Shown here piece after piece: positions 1 through 9,745 of a stretch of 64,000 nt of DNA. The notes beneath the pieces were generated by a model. The model was not told the DNA's origin and ran no database searches. It was given only the letters and a program-made list of their open reading frames with translations. Every line of letters starts with the position of its first letter. The stretch's first letter is position 1. This DNA comes from an uncultured bacterium. GTDB taxonomy: Bacteria > Chloroflexota > UBA5177 > JANWHV01. Both the position numbers and the translations under genes were made by a program. Location of the stretch: NCBI GenBank assembly GCA_963827235.1, contig CAWHAE010000012.1, positions 1,440,001-1,504,000 on the forward strand. Reading direction: 5' to 3'.

Positions 1-23
1 TTTCGCGTGTCCTGCACGCGAAA
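1..23. terminator. Inverted repeat / possible terminator hairpin at window edge
   Basis: TTTCGCGTG-TCCTG-CACGCGAAA perfect 9-bp stem, downstream of the minus-strand ORF 177..587. Confidence 0.35.
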
Positions 24-176
24 CCCGCCATATGTCGCCGTGCGTCCGCGATCCACAGCAGGGTAGGCAGCGTCTAGCATGCGACCGCCGGATTCTGTTC
101 AGCTCGACCAACGCGTAGGCCATCGCCTCCATAGTTGCTTAGCAGGGTACCGCCCATTTCACCGGCTGTTGTGTCG

Positions 177-587
177 CTATTCTCCCAACCACAGGGACGC
201 GGGAATCGGAGATCTCTGCAGTGCCTGAATAGCAGTTGCCATGACGCGCTTCCCCTCCGGATTCCGTGGATCAACCAGCACCGTCGTCTCCCTGGTGAGA
301 ATGCCAACGCTGGTGATCAAAGCGGCACGATCGGCGCGCGTGACGAGGTCCCACACCAGGCTCGTACCCACATCGAGAGCTATCTCATGGGGTATGCGCA
401 GGACGAAGGAGTACGAATATTCCGCTTTCCCCAGCCTGCCGCCCCGTGGTTCCCGTCCCATGTAGGAGAGCTGCGCACCGTGTGCCAACTCAATCTCCCT
501 GCCGCGCGGCACCCGCTCCTGCCCCATAACGAGCCCGATAACGGACACTTCCTGCGTCGTGATCTGGAACTCAATATCCACTCTCAC
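177..587 (-). CDS. Hypothetical protein (136 aa)
   Basis: GTG start after a purine-rich GAGAGAG tract; protein-like composition unlike the overlapping Arg/Pro-rich shadow ORFs; no family recognised. Confidence 0.55.
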   Translation of the reverse strand: MRVDIEFQITTQEVSVIGLVMGQERVPRGREIELAHGAQLSYMGREPRGGRLGKAEYSYSFVLRIPHEIALDVGTSLVWDLVTRADRAALITSVGILTRETTVLVDPRNPEGKRVMATAIQALQRSPIPASLWLGE

Positions 588-836
588 CTCTCTCTGTCCG
601 AGTCAGCCCGCAAGCAAGGTGAACCGCCGACAAGGTTTGCGTCCTGGACACGCTTGTCGGAATGCGCGAAGACCGCGTTGCTTGACCGGGGTTGGTGCGA
701 GTACTCGCCTATCGTTTGGGCGGGCGTGGTGTGCTCGATGTCGCGACGCTTTCTTGCTTGGTTGCGGAGCGTGGCCGGCATTTGCCGCAACCTCGCGGGG
801 TGTGCCGGCGGTCAGGGAGTTACCGGGCACCCGGAT

Positions 837-3776
837 TCACGGCATGTCGGTCATACCAGGCGGCTCAGGTGCGCCCAAGCGCAGGAAGATCGCCCGCGCC
901 GTCGCTCTCGCCTCGATCGCCTCGGCTTGGGAAGATGTGGTCCCGCAGCGGAGCACGTGCTCAGCCAGGCGCCACCGCGCGAGCGCTTCCTGATAGGGCC
1001 ACCCCATTTCGTGCCAGTGCTCAGCCGCTTCCTTGCTGTGCGCGGCCGCCAGATTATACCGGCGCTCATGGGCTGCCATCAGCCCGCGCGCATCGGCGAG
1101 ATAGGCGGACATCGCGGGTGTTGACACGCGGCCGGCGATCGACGCGAGATCCTCCAGGAGCTCGTGCGCGCGGTCGTCTCGACCCACGTGCAGGTAGACC
1201 TCGATCCCGGACCACATCGCCTGGTCATAGAAGAGCACCACCCCTCTACTTTGCCAGCGTTGGAGACAACGGTCCATCGCTGCGACAGCCCCGCCCAGGT
1301 CTCCGCTGGCCAGGCGCACGAGCGCCAGACTCCGCAGGCAGGTGCCCAGACTTTCACAGTCGTCCCACTTCTCGCACGCGGGTAAAAGCCCCTCCAGCAT
1401 CTGGGCAGCAGCGTCAAGCCGACCCTGCCGCCGCAAGAGCTCGCCCGTACGCAGCAAGCACCACACGTGCTGGACGTTGTCGGCCGCTTCGGACCGCTGC
1501 AAAGCCTGCTCGAGCAGATCTCGTGCTTCGTCCCAGTGTCCAAGTTCCAACTCTACCCCACCAAGATTGGCCAGCAGGTAGTCGGTGCGGGTTTCCCACT
1601 TCGTTCGCTCGGCGACGGACAGGCCGGCCCGCAAGGTGTCGCGCGCTCGGCGGCAATCACCTATGCCCAAGAATGCGAATCCCAGCGTCTGATGGGCGTG
1701 AACCAACTCGGCCACCTGGCCGGCGCCTTCAGCGAGCGTGAGGCTGCGCTCAAGGTGTTCCAGGCCACGTTCCGTTTCACCCATATCGACCAGCACGGCA
1801 CCAATGTTAATCAGTGCGCTAGCAGTGATACCCGCGTCGCCCAGTTCCGTGGCCAGGTCGAGCGCCTTCTGGCCCCAGGCAATGCTCTCCGGACACCGCA
1901 GAGTGACACTGTAAACCTGCGAGAGTGTGCTGTACGTCAGGGCCAGTTCACGGCTTGGCGGTCCACTCTCAAGGATGGTGAGCGCACTTTGCAGATGATC
2001 GAGGGCAGCCGCGAACTCACCGCGGCGCCGACAAGCTACCGCCAGGCGCCAGGAGAGGTTGCCGCCCTTCCGCCGGTCACCCGTCAGTTCGTAGACTCGC
2101 TGCGCCTCCTGCCAGTATCGCAACTGCAGGTTGGTATCACCCAGCGGGTCTACCGCTTCGCCGAGCTTGCCGAGCAGGTCCGAGCGTGCATTGAGGTCGT
2201 CGACGTCCAGCAGTGCGAGCGCCGCCTCATAGTGCGCCACAGCGTCCCGATAAGCCGACATGCGAGCCGCGCGATCGCCCGCCAATTGCGTGTAGCGCAG
2301 TGCCTTCGGCACATCGCCCGCCTGCCGGCTATGATATGCCAGCAGATCGACATTGGTCTCGGGATTGCGAGCGTCCGACTCCAAAGCTCGTACCACTCGA
2401 CGGTGTAGGGCCATTCGCCGGGCGGACCCAGCGTCGGCTTCGACAACTTCACGAATCACGTCGTGGACGAAGTAGTAGAGTTGCCCAGCCTCGACCAAGA
2501 TCCGCGCCCTGCAGGCGCCGTCGAGAACCGCAAGCACCTCTTGTTCCGATTGCTCGGCCACTGCGATGAGAAGAGATGGCGAGACCGCGCGGCCGATCAC
2601 CGCGGCCGCGCCCAGCACTTCCCCCGTGCCCTCGGCCAGGCTCGCGATACGCTGCCGAAGCGACTGCGCCAGGTCCCAGGGCACTACAACACCTCTGTCG
2701 GACACCATGGGGCTTTCACGTAGTCCCTGGGCACAACTGATCACGAAGAACGGCACCCCTCCGGCGCGGCGCAGCGCGCGTTCGCGCAACTCCGCCTCCG
2801 ATTCGGGTCCCTCGGTGAGAAATTGATCTGCCAGTAGCACCACTTCTGAAGGCGTTAGCGGTACGAGCGTGTGCTGAGTTGCTAACCGCGCATGTGCCAG
2901 ATCGGCGAGTGTGATCGACAGCGAATCCTGCGCTGCCACTTCGGTGTCACGGTAGGCGCCGACCACACGCAGCGGTGCCTCAGCCGTGCGCATCAGTGCA
3001 GCAAGCAAATCGAGGGCATCAGCCCCAGCCCATTGCAAATCATCCAGAATCAACAGCGTGCCCGCCGGCCCCGCCACGTTCTGCAGGAAGTGGCCCACAG
3101 CCTTGAAGAGCAGGCGGCGCTCTTGGTCCGGCGAGAGCGTCCAATCCGGTAACGACTCAATCGGTCCGACGGCCAGTTCCGGCAACAGGCGGACCAACCA
3201 CGCGCAGCCCTGCAAAACCGTGCGCAGCCGCGCCGGCGGCACGGCGCGCAGAGAAGCCTCCAGCGCCTCGAGCACGGGAGCGTAGGGCTCCTGGCCACCG
3301 CGGCGCCGGCAACCACCCTGCAGGACCCCCCAACCCAGCCGTGCGGCCTGCTGCTGAGCTTCTTGCAAGACGCGCGACTTGCCGATGCCAGGCTCACCCG
3401 CGAACAGCAGAACTGGCGGTCCCTCGCCGCGCAGGTGCCGTGCAAGCAGGGCCAACTCTTTAGCCCGTCCCACCATCCGCGGCTGCGCGATACCTGCCGG
3501 TGGAGTTACTACGGCAGACGGTTCGCCCGCGGGCCCGAGCAGGCCGCGCGCGGCGCCCTCGAATGCGCCTCGCTCAGCGGCTTGGAGACCCAGCGCATCC
3601 GCCAGCAGGACGACCGTCCCGCGCTGCGGCAGCCGGCGCACGCCCCGCTCCAAATTGCTGATGCCGCGCACGCTCAGGTGCGCCCGCTCCGCCAGCTCCT
3701 CTTGCGTCAGGCCCGCCGCCCGGCGATAGCGCTGCAGCAGGTCCGCGAAGCCGGCAGGCTGCGCCCGTATGCCCAT
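837..3776 (-). CDS. XRE-family HTH + AAA/STAND ATPase + TPR transcriptional regulator (copy 1)
   Basis: N-terminal LQRYRRAAGLTQEELAERAHLSVRGISNLERG (XRE HTH), Walker A GEPGIGKS, Walker B LILDDLQWA, GGVPFF (GxP), FVHDVIRE winged-helix motif, C-terminal TPR-like helices. Confidence 0.92.
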   Translation of the reverse strand: MGIRAQPAGFADLLQRYRRAAGLTQEELAERAHLSVRGISNLERGVRRLPQRGTVVLLADALGLQAAERGAFEGAARGLLGPAGEPSAVVTPPAGIAQPRMVGRAKELALLARHLRGEGPPVLLFAGEPGIGKSRVLQEAQQQAARLGWGVLQGGCRRRGGQEPYAPVLEALEASLRAVPPARLRTVLQGCAWLVRLLPELAVGPIESLPDWTLSPDQERRLLFKAVGHFLQNVAGPAGTLLILDDLQWAGADALDLLAALMRTAEAPLRVVGAYRDTEVAAQDSLSITLADLAHARLATQHTLVPLTPSEVVLLADQFLTEGPESEAELRERALRRAGGVPFFVISCAQGLRESPMVSDRGVVVPWDLAQSLRQRIASLAEGTGEVLGAAAVIGRAVSPSLLIAVAEQSEQEVLAVLDGACRARILVEAGQLYYFVHDVIREVVEADAGSARRMALHRRVVRALESDARNPETNVDLLAYHSRQAGDVPKALRYTQLAGDRAARMSAYRDAVAHYEAALALLDVDDLNARSDLLGKLGEAVDPLGDTNLQLRYWQEAQRVYELTGDRRKGGNLSWRLAVACRRRGEFAAALDHLQSALTILESGPPSRELALTYSTLSQVYSVTLRCPESIAWGQKALDLATELGDAGITASALINIGAVLVDMGETERGLEHLERSLTLAEGAGQVAELVHAHQTLGFAFLGIGDCRRARDTLRAGLSVAERTKWETRTDYLLANLGGVELELGHWDEARDLLEQALQRSEAADNVQHVWCLLRTGELLRRQGRLDAAAQMLEGLLPACEKWDDCESLGTCLRSLALVRLASGDLGGAVAAMDRCLQRWQSRGVVLFYDQAMWSGIEVYLHVGRDDRAHELLEDLASIAGRVSTPAMSAYLADARGLMAAHERRYNLAAAHSKEAAEHWHEMGWPYQEALARWRLAEHVLRCGTTSSQAEAIEARATARAIFLRLGAPEPPGMTDMP

Positions 3777-3990
3777 ACCTCGTCTCCCGCCCAGACTCTT
3801 CGCGGGCGCTCCGGCACTCGTACCGATCCTCTGGTCTCCTGCTGCCCAGTCTAGCAGTTGGACCGCTACTGAGCCGAGCAGCCCGGTTGGGTGGGTACGT
3901 GGGTTGGTGGTTGGGTGGGTTGTGCATGGTTTGCCACCCGCTCAACGCGCATAGTGTCTTCATGACGAGGCCGGATGCACGGAGCCTTGC
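3596..3990. repeat. Duplicated segment (HTH coding region + divergent promoter), copy A; partner 9061..9455
   Basis: Direct repeat at offset 5465; about 3 mismatches seen over 3635..3945. Confidence 0.95.
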
Positions 3991-4015
3991 GGCAAGCGGA
4001 CAGGAGAACAGGACG

Positions 4016-4459
4016 ATGATGCGGAATGACGGCGGCTACCACGCAGGGTTCGAAACGGTACGTGCGATGCAGCGGCAGCTGCGAGATGAGCGAGCGCAGG
4101 AGCGGGGCGCGAGAAAAGCCAGGGCAGGCACCACATTCCCTGGCTGGATCGCGCTGATGCTGCGGAAGTCGATATGTGCCCTTCCCCTCCTCATCTCGAA
4201 AGTGCTTTCGCGTGGCCGCCTTTCGGGTCGGTGGCTCGCCGTGCCGGATACCACGCGCAGCGGGCCTGGGCGGCTGCGGCACCGCGTGAGATCGCCTGGA
4301 CAGATGAGGCCACGGCTGAAGCCCGCGGGCTCGGTACCTGTCGACCATGTCAGATCCCGCCGTGGCTGCACTTTAGCGCGGAGCGTCACGGGGATGGGTC
4401 GGGCTGAGCAGTCCACAGTTGCCGCCACACAGCGCGGAAAGTCGATTGGAGGACGAGCA
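4016..4459 (+). CDS. Possible small hypothetical protein (MMRNDGGYHAGFETVRAMQRQLRDE...), 3' end uncertain
   Basis: Good RBS (ACAGGAGAACAGGACG-ATG) right after the divergent promoter; the frame runs open into the DUF4242 start at 4460. Confidence 0.35.
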
Positions 4460-4731
4460 ATGCCACGGTACATGGTCGAACGACATTTTCCTCAGGGTCT
4501 GCAGATCGCGGTGAACGAGGCGGAGCGGCTGCCTGTCTTGCAGTGGTGCAGAACAACGCGGACCTCGGCGTAACCTGGATCCAGTCGTACGTGAGCGAGG
4601 ATAGGGCGAAGACGTTCTGCATCTACGACGGTCCTACGCCGGAAGCCATCCAGCGGGCAGCGGAGCGCAGCGGCCTGCCGGTCGAGTGCATCACGAGGGT
4701 GAACGTGCTGGACCCTTACTTCTACAAATGA
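4460..4731 (+). CDS. DUF4242-family (SCO4226-like) small protein, apparent frameshift near 4522
   Basis: GGAGG RBS + MPRYMVERHFP; other frame gives GVTWIQSYVSEDRAKTFCIYDGPTPEAIQRAA..GLPV..IT.V..LDPYFY; adding one G in GCGGAGCGG joins them as EAGAAACLAVVQNNA. Confidence 0.8.
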
Positions 4732-4899
4732 GGCTGACCACACGAGTCGAGCACGCCTCGCTAGAGCCGGCAGGCTGCTCCCACCTGACCGCTGCAACAT
4801 AGTGAGGGCACACCGGATAGAGGCTGCCAGCGCAATCCCATATCCGTCACGACAATAAGCAGCCGCCATCTGTGCGGCATGAAGGAAAGAGGAAGCACA

Positions 4900-6067
4900 A
4901 TGGACTTGCAGACAACCTCGCCGGATCCTGCCAGCAAGATCTCTGCCCCGCGCCGCCGGCTATTGGCTGGCGGTGACCGCGCTCATACTGGCGCCTGCCG
5001 CCCGCCCTGCCGAGGCGACGTCGCTTCAACAGGCCGGCACGACGCTGTCCACGAACGCCACCGTCTTCGCCACCGGCCTGAACAATCCCCGCGGCCTCAC
5101 CTTTGGCCCGGACGGGGATCTGTATGTGGCCGAGGCCGGCACGGGCGGCTCGCGCTCCACCGTCGGCATGTGCCAGCAGGCGCCCGACCCTGCCGGCCCA
5201 TACTCGGGTGGCATGACCGCCCGTATCTCCAAGATCAGTCCGACGGGCGTCCGCACCACTTTCGCGGACCACCTCCCCTCCGACCAGATGAGTCCCGCGA
5301 ACGGCAAGCTGGTGAGCGGGGTGGCCGCGGTCACCTTCATGGGCAGCACCCTGTATGCACTGCTCTCCGGCGCCGGTTGCTCACACGGTCTGGCCGGCAC
5401 GGCCAACGGCGTCATCCGCGTGAAGGCCGACGGTTCCTGGACGAACCTCGCCGACCTGAGCCAGTTCCTGGCGATCCATCCAGTCGCCAACCCGGACGAC
5501 GACGCCGAGCCCGACGGCACCTGGTATGGCCTGGTCGGCATGGGCGGCGCCCTGTATGCCACCGAGCCCAACCACCAGCAAATCTTGCGTATCACCCCGG
5601 CCGGCACTGCGAGCCGGGTGGTCGACTTCTCGGCCATCTACCCCGGCCTGCTGAACTGGCACGGGCCGACCGCACTCGCCGCGCAGGGTGGCAAGCTCTA
5701 CGTGGGCTTCCTCACCTCCTTCCCGACCGTAGTCGGCGCATCGAACATCTCCCAGGTCAGCCTGGATGGCAAGGTCCGGGTGGTGGCGGCGGGCTTGACC
5801 GCCGTGCTGGGCGTGGCCTTCCACGCGGGCCTGCTCTACGCGCTGGAGATGACCACGGTCCCCGGTCTTCCCGGCCCGACGTGGACGGGACGGGGCCAGG
5901 TGGTGCGGGTAACGGCCTCAGGCTCGCTAGTAACGGTGGCCAGCGGCCTGACGCTGCCGACGGCCATGGCCTTTGGGCCGGACGGCGCGCTCTACGTCTC
6001 CAACCTCGGCTTCGGGACACCGCCGGGAGCGGGAGAGATCGTGCGGGTCACTCTTCCGGCCATGTAG
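4900..6067 (+). CDS. Secreted ScyD/ScyE-family beta-propeller protein (likely start 4900 with a frameshift near 4966; intact frame 4973..6067)
   Basis: ATGLNNPRGLTFGPDGDLYVAEAGTGG and GLTLPTAMAFGPDGALYVSN repeats; signal-peptide-like N-terminus; RBS GAGGAAG before ATG 4900. Confidence 0.8.
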
Positions 6068-6307
6068 AGAACACGGCAGTCAAGACGAATCGGAGCCTGG
6101 CGGCTGAGTGCAATGCCTCAAGCTGCCAGGCCCGGCCCGTTGCCGATCACCGCGATCATCGACAGCGCCTCTCGACGGCGCTCTCCAACCCGGGGCTGGG
6201 ATACGCAACCGGTCCTGCCTGCGCGGCATCGCTCGCACACATGGGGCGAAACGGCACAGTACCTCTTCCGGCTTATGACAGTCTCCCCCTGGCGCGCATG
6301 CTACCAA

Positions 6308-9241
6308 TTACACCGCATCGATCAGGCGTGAGGTTTCGGATAGGCCAAGGCGCCGGAAGATCGTCCGCGCTGTATCCCGCTCCTTGTTTGCCTCCTCGTG
6401 CGAGGCCGCGTCGCTCGCATGAAGGAGGCTCTCAGCCCGGCGTTTGCGCGCCCACGCCTCCTGGTGGGGACATGACATGGTCAGCCAGAGATCGGCCGCG
6501 CGCTGGAAATGCGCGGCTGCCTCTTCATAGCAGCGCTCATGCCCGGCGAGCAGCCCCCGCACAGTCGCGAATCGGGCCCGGGCTAGCACGTTATCGGCGC
6601 GCTGAGCGAGCACCGATAGGCCCTCCAGCAGCTCGCAAGCACTTTGAACCTTTCCCGCGTGGAGGTACACGACAACGCCGTATTCCAGTGCCAACTCCCA
6701 TCCGACCAGGGGCCCACTTGTGCGATAGAGCTCGACGCAACGATCCGTGACCTGCACCGCACGATCGGTATCCTCCAGCTCAAGATAAACGAGTGCCAGG
6801 GTGCTCAAAGTATCGCGCAGGGTGACGACGTCGTCTTCCCGTTCGGCGATGGCTTGCACCTCTTCCAGCATCGATCGGGCTTCTCCGAGCGAGCCGCCGG
6901 TCCGCAACAGTAGCTCACCATGCACCGGACCAGCCAGGAGACGCGCTCTTGGGAAGGCCGTCTCCTCGGCGCGCAGCTCCCGAATAAGAGAGAGTGCCTC
7001 AGTCCAGCGACCAAGCTCCATCTCCGCGTCGGCGAGGTTTGCCAGCAGTTTGGCACGGTGAGACTCCCATCCTGCCCGCTCAACCCATGCCAGCCCTTCT
7101 CGCAATACCTCCGTGGCGCGTACGTTCATACCCAGGCTGCCGAGCGGCCCGGCAAGATTGTTGCACGCGCGCATGATGTCGTGCACCAGACCGCCCTGCA
7201 GCGCAAGTGCCAGACTCTGTTCCAGATACGCGATGCCGCGCTGCAGTTCTCCAAGGTAGAACCATGAAGAACCAACATTATTCAACGCATGCGCTCTGAC
7301 GGCATCATCGCCCAGTACATCGGCCAGCGCGAGCGCCTTCTCACCCCATTCAATGCTCTCCCGTGGCTGATTGGTCAGCATCAGGAGTTGGGACAGCGCA
7401 CTGTACGCCATGGCCAGCTCATGGCTTGGCGGGCCGTCTATCAGTCCGGTAACGGCGGCTCGCGTGTGGGCCAGGGCAGTGCTGATCTCCCCGCGTTCCC
7501 AGGCCACACGGCCCAAACGCCGGGAGAGGTCCGCCGCCCTGTGCTGCTCGCCGATCTGCTCGTAGAGCCGGTGCGCTTCCTGCCAGTGACGCAGGTAGAC
7601 AGCGGTATCACCCAGCGGATATGCCGCCTCGCCCAACTTCGCACGTAGCGCTGCCCGCGTTCGCACGTCGTCGCCGGCGAGCAGCTCGAGCGCCGCCTCA
7701 TAGTGGGTTATGGCTTCGCGATAGGCGGCCATGCGCATTGCGCGATCGCCGGCCTGCTGAGAGTAATGGGCAGCTTTGCCGGTCTGACCGGCCTGTCTGC
7801 TGTGATAGGCCAGGAGATCCACGTGTGGCTCCAGACCGTTCTCCGCTTGCACTTCCAGCGCGGCAAGCACACGCCGGTGCAGGGCGGTACGGCGTGATAC
7901 GCCAAGGCCGGCTTCGACGAACTCTCGGATCACGTCGTGTACGAACGCGTAGCCCTGTTCCTGCTCCACGAGCAACCGCGCCTGGCAGGCAGTATCGAGC
8001 GCCGCGAGCACCTCGTCTTCAGGCTGCGTGGCCACAGCAAACAGGACGGTGCGCGGCATGCTGCGGCCAATCACCGCGGCGATGGCGAGCAACTCGCGGG
8101 CGCTTTCAGGCAAGACGGCAATGCGCTGCCCCAACCCTTGAGCGAGCGTCCACGGAATGGCGTGCACCGGGTCACCAGAAGCACGCAGGCCCTGGGCGCA
8201 ACTGACGACGAAGAACGGCACGCCCCCGGCACGCTGTATCAGTTGGTCCCGTAGCGCAGGATCGGCCGCCTTGCTCTCTTCGCGCAGCCCCTCGAGCAAT
8301 GCACCGACCTCGCTCGCGGTGAGCGGCGCCACGGCGTGCTGCATAGCGAGCCCCGCCTGCGCCAGGTCGGCAAGAAACACGGCGAGCGGATCGCGTGCCG
8401 ACACCTCGGTGTCGCGGTACGCACCCACCACCCGCAGCGGCTCCTCCGCTCGTACCAGCGTTGCCAGCAGGTCGAGCGCATCCCCTCCCGCCCATTGCAG
8501 GTCATCCAGGATCAGCAGCGTGCCTGCCGGGCCTGCCATGTTCTGCAGACAGCGGGCCACCGCCTTGAAGAGGAGGCGGCGCTCCTGATCGGGCGAGACA
8601 TTCCAGGCGGGCAGCGGCTCAATGGGACCGGCAGCCAATTCTGGGAGCAGGCGCACCAACCAGGCGCAGTCTTGCAGTGCCGCACGCAACCGGGGTTGCG
8701 AGAGGGCGTGCAAGGACCGCTCCAGCGCCTCCAGCACGGGCGCGTAGGGCTCCTGGCCGCCGCGGCGCCGGCACCCGCCGTGCAAGACCCGCCAGCCGTG
8801 CGCGACCGCCAGCGCCGCGGCTTCCTGCAACAGCCGCGACTTGCCGATGCCGGGCTCCCCCGTGAACAGCAGCACAGGAGGTCCTTCGGCATCCGCGTGC
8901 CGTTCCAGCAGTGCGAGCTCCGCAGCTCTGCCCACCAATGGGGGGATCGTGGTGCGTGACGACGGCGCCGTGCTTTCCCCCGGATCGCGGACGGGCGCTG
9001 TCATCGAGCTGCGCGAAGCGGCCTCAAATGCTTCGCGCTCAGCTCCCTGCAGACCCAGAGCATCCGCCAGCAGAACGACCGTCCCGCGCTGCGGAAAGCG
9101 GCGCACGCCCCGCTCCAAATTGCTGATGCCGCGCACGCTCAGGTGCGCCCGCTCCGCCAGCTCCTCTTGCGTCAGGCCCGCCGCCCGGCGATAGCGCTGC
9201 AGCAGGTCCGCGAAGCCGGCAGGCTGCGCCCGTATGCCCAT
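6308..9241 (-). CDS. XRE-family HTH + AAA/STAND ATPase + TPR transcriptional regulator (copy 2, paralog of 837..3776)
   Basis: Same MGIRAQPAGFADLL start, GEPGIGKS, LILDDLQWA, GGVPFF; TPR half diverged; start taken at ATG 9241 by homology. Confidence 0.92.
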   Translation of the reverse strand: MGIRAQPAGFADLLQRYRRAAGLTQEELAERAHLSVRGISNLERGVRRFPQRGTVVLLADALGLQGAEREAFEAASRSSMTAPVRDPGESTAPSSRTTIPPLVGRAAELALLERHADAEGPPVLLFTGEPGIGKSRLLQEAAALAVAHGWRVLHGGCRRRGGQEPYAPVLEALERSLHALSQPRLRAALQDCAWLVRLLPELAAGPIEPLPAWNVSPDQERRLLFKAVARCLQNMAGPAGTLLILDDLQWAGGDALDLLATLVRAEEPLRVVGAYRDTEVSARDPLAVFLADLAQAGLAMQHAVAPLTASEVGALLEGLREESKAADPALRDQLIQRAGGVPFFVVSCAQGLRASGDPVHAIPWTLAQGLGQRIAVLPESARELLAIAAVIGRSMPRTVLFAVATQPEDEVLAALDTACQARLLVEQEQGYAFVHDVIREFVEAGLGVSRRTALHRRVLAALEVQAENGLEPHVDLLAYHSRQAGQTGKAAHYSQQAGDRAMRMAAYREAITHYEAALELLAGDDVRTRAALRAKLGEAAYPLGDTAVYLRHWQEAHRLYEQIGEQHRAADLSRRLGRVAWERGEISTALAHTRAAVTGLIDGPPSHELAMAYSALSQLLMLTNQPRESIEWGEKALALADVLGDDAVRAHALNNVGSSWFYLGELQRGIAYLEQSLALALQGGLVHDIMRACNNLAGPLGSLGMNVRATEVLREGLAWVERAGWESHRAKLLANLADAEMELGRWTEALSLIRELRAEETAFPRARLLAGPVHGELLLRTGGSLGEARSMLEEVQAIAEREDDVVTLRDTLSTLALVYLELEDTDRAVQVTDRCVELYRTSGPLVGWELALEYGVVVYLHAGKVQSACELLEGLSVLAQRADNVLARARFATVRGLLAGHERCYEEAAAHFQRAADLWLTMSCPHQEAWARKRRAESLLHASDAASHEEANKERDTARTIFRRLGLSETSRLIDAV

Positions 9242-9455
9242 CCCTCGTCTCCCGCCCCAGACTCTTCGCGGGCGCTCCGGCACTCGTACCGATCCTCTGG
9301 TCTCCTGCTGCCCAGTCTAGCAGTTGGACCGCTACTGGGCCGAGCAGCACGGTTGGGTGGGTACGTGGGTTGGTGGTTGGGTGGGTTGTGCATGGTTTGC
9401 CACCCGCTCACCGCGCACAGTGTCTGCGTGACGAGGCCGGATGCGCAGGGCCTTG
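9061..9455. repeat. Duplicated segment copy B (partner 3596..3990)
   Basis: Near-identical sequence including the GGGTGGGTACGTGGGTTGGTGGTTGGGTGGGTTGTG tract. Confidence 0.95.
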
Positions 9456-9460
9456 GCGTG

Positions 9461-9614
9461 CTATTGGGGATCACTTTGTGGCTTTTGGGTGGCGGCCTGA
9501 ACCAGCCCGATGCAGACTGAAAGAAGCGGTAGACGCCGGCCGGCGGCAGACAGCGATCATTCGGCCGAGGCCGCGTTGCACTGAAGCCCATGTGTGTCCG
9601 TCATCGGAGGAGAA
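9461..9614 (+). promoter_or_regulatory. Conserved ~154 bp non-coding promoter/leader element, copy 1 (homolog at 32028..32180, minus strand)
   Basis: Hand alignment gives 91/120 ungapped identities; shared TTGTGGCTTTTGGGTGG, GCAGACTGA, AGCGGTAGACGCCGG and terminal GGAGGAGAA. Confidence 0.75.
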
Positions 9615-9745
9615 TCATTCAATGTTGGCTTTTGACGCTGCGTTCGGCCGGCAGTGTCTGCACAGATGACGATCATAGCCTGCCGTGGCGCAGAACCAAC
9701 CCCACGGCTCCCCAGTCGGCGACGAGGTTCGCGGGAGACGGAAAC

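Noticed and set aside
4900-6067. Scytonemin biosynthesis cluster
   Set aside because: Only a ScyD/E-like propeller is present; no scyABC or aromatic pathway genes
135-6750. Long alternative-frame or antisense ORFs (e.g. 135..1124, 692..1741, 1467..2408, 4879..6750, and similar ones throughout the window)
   Set aside because: Arg/Pro/Ala-rich shadows of motif-bearing genes, expected in high-GC DNA
837-9241. Avs/NLR-type abortive anti-phage STAND proteins
   Set aside because: The N-terminal domain is an XRE HTH; no nuclease, TIR, SIR2 or protease effector is seen
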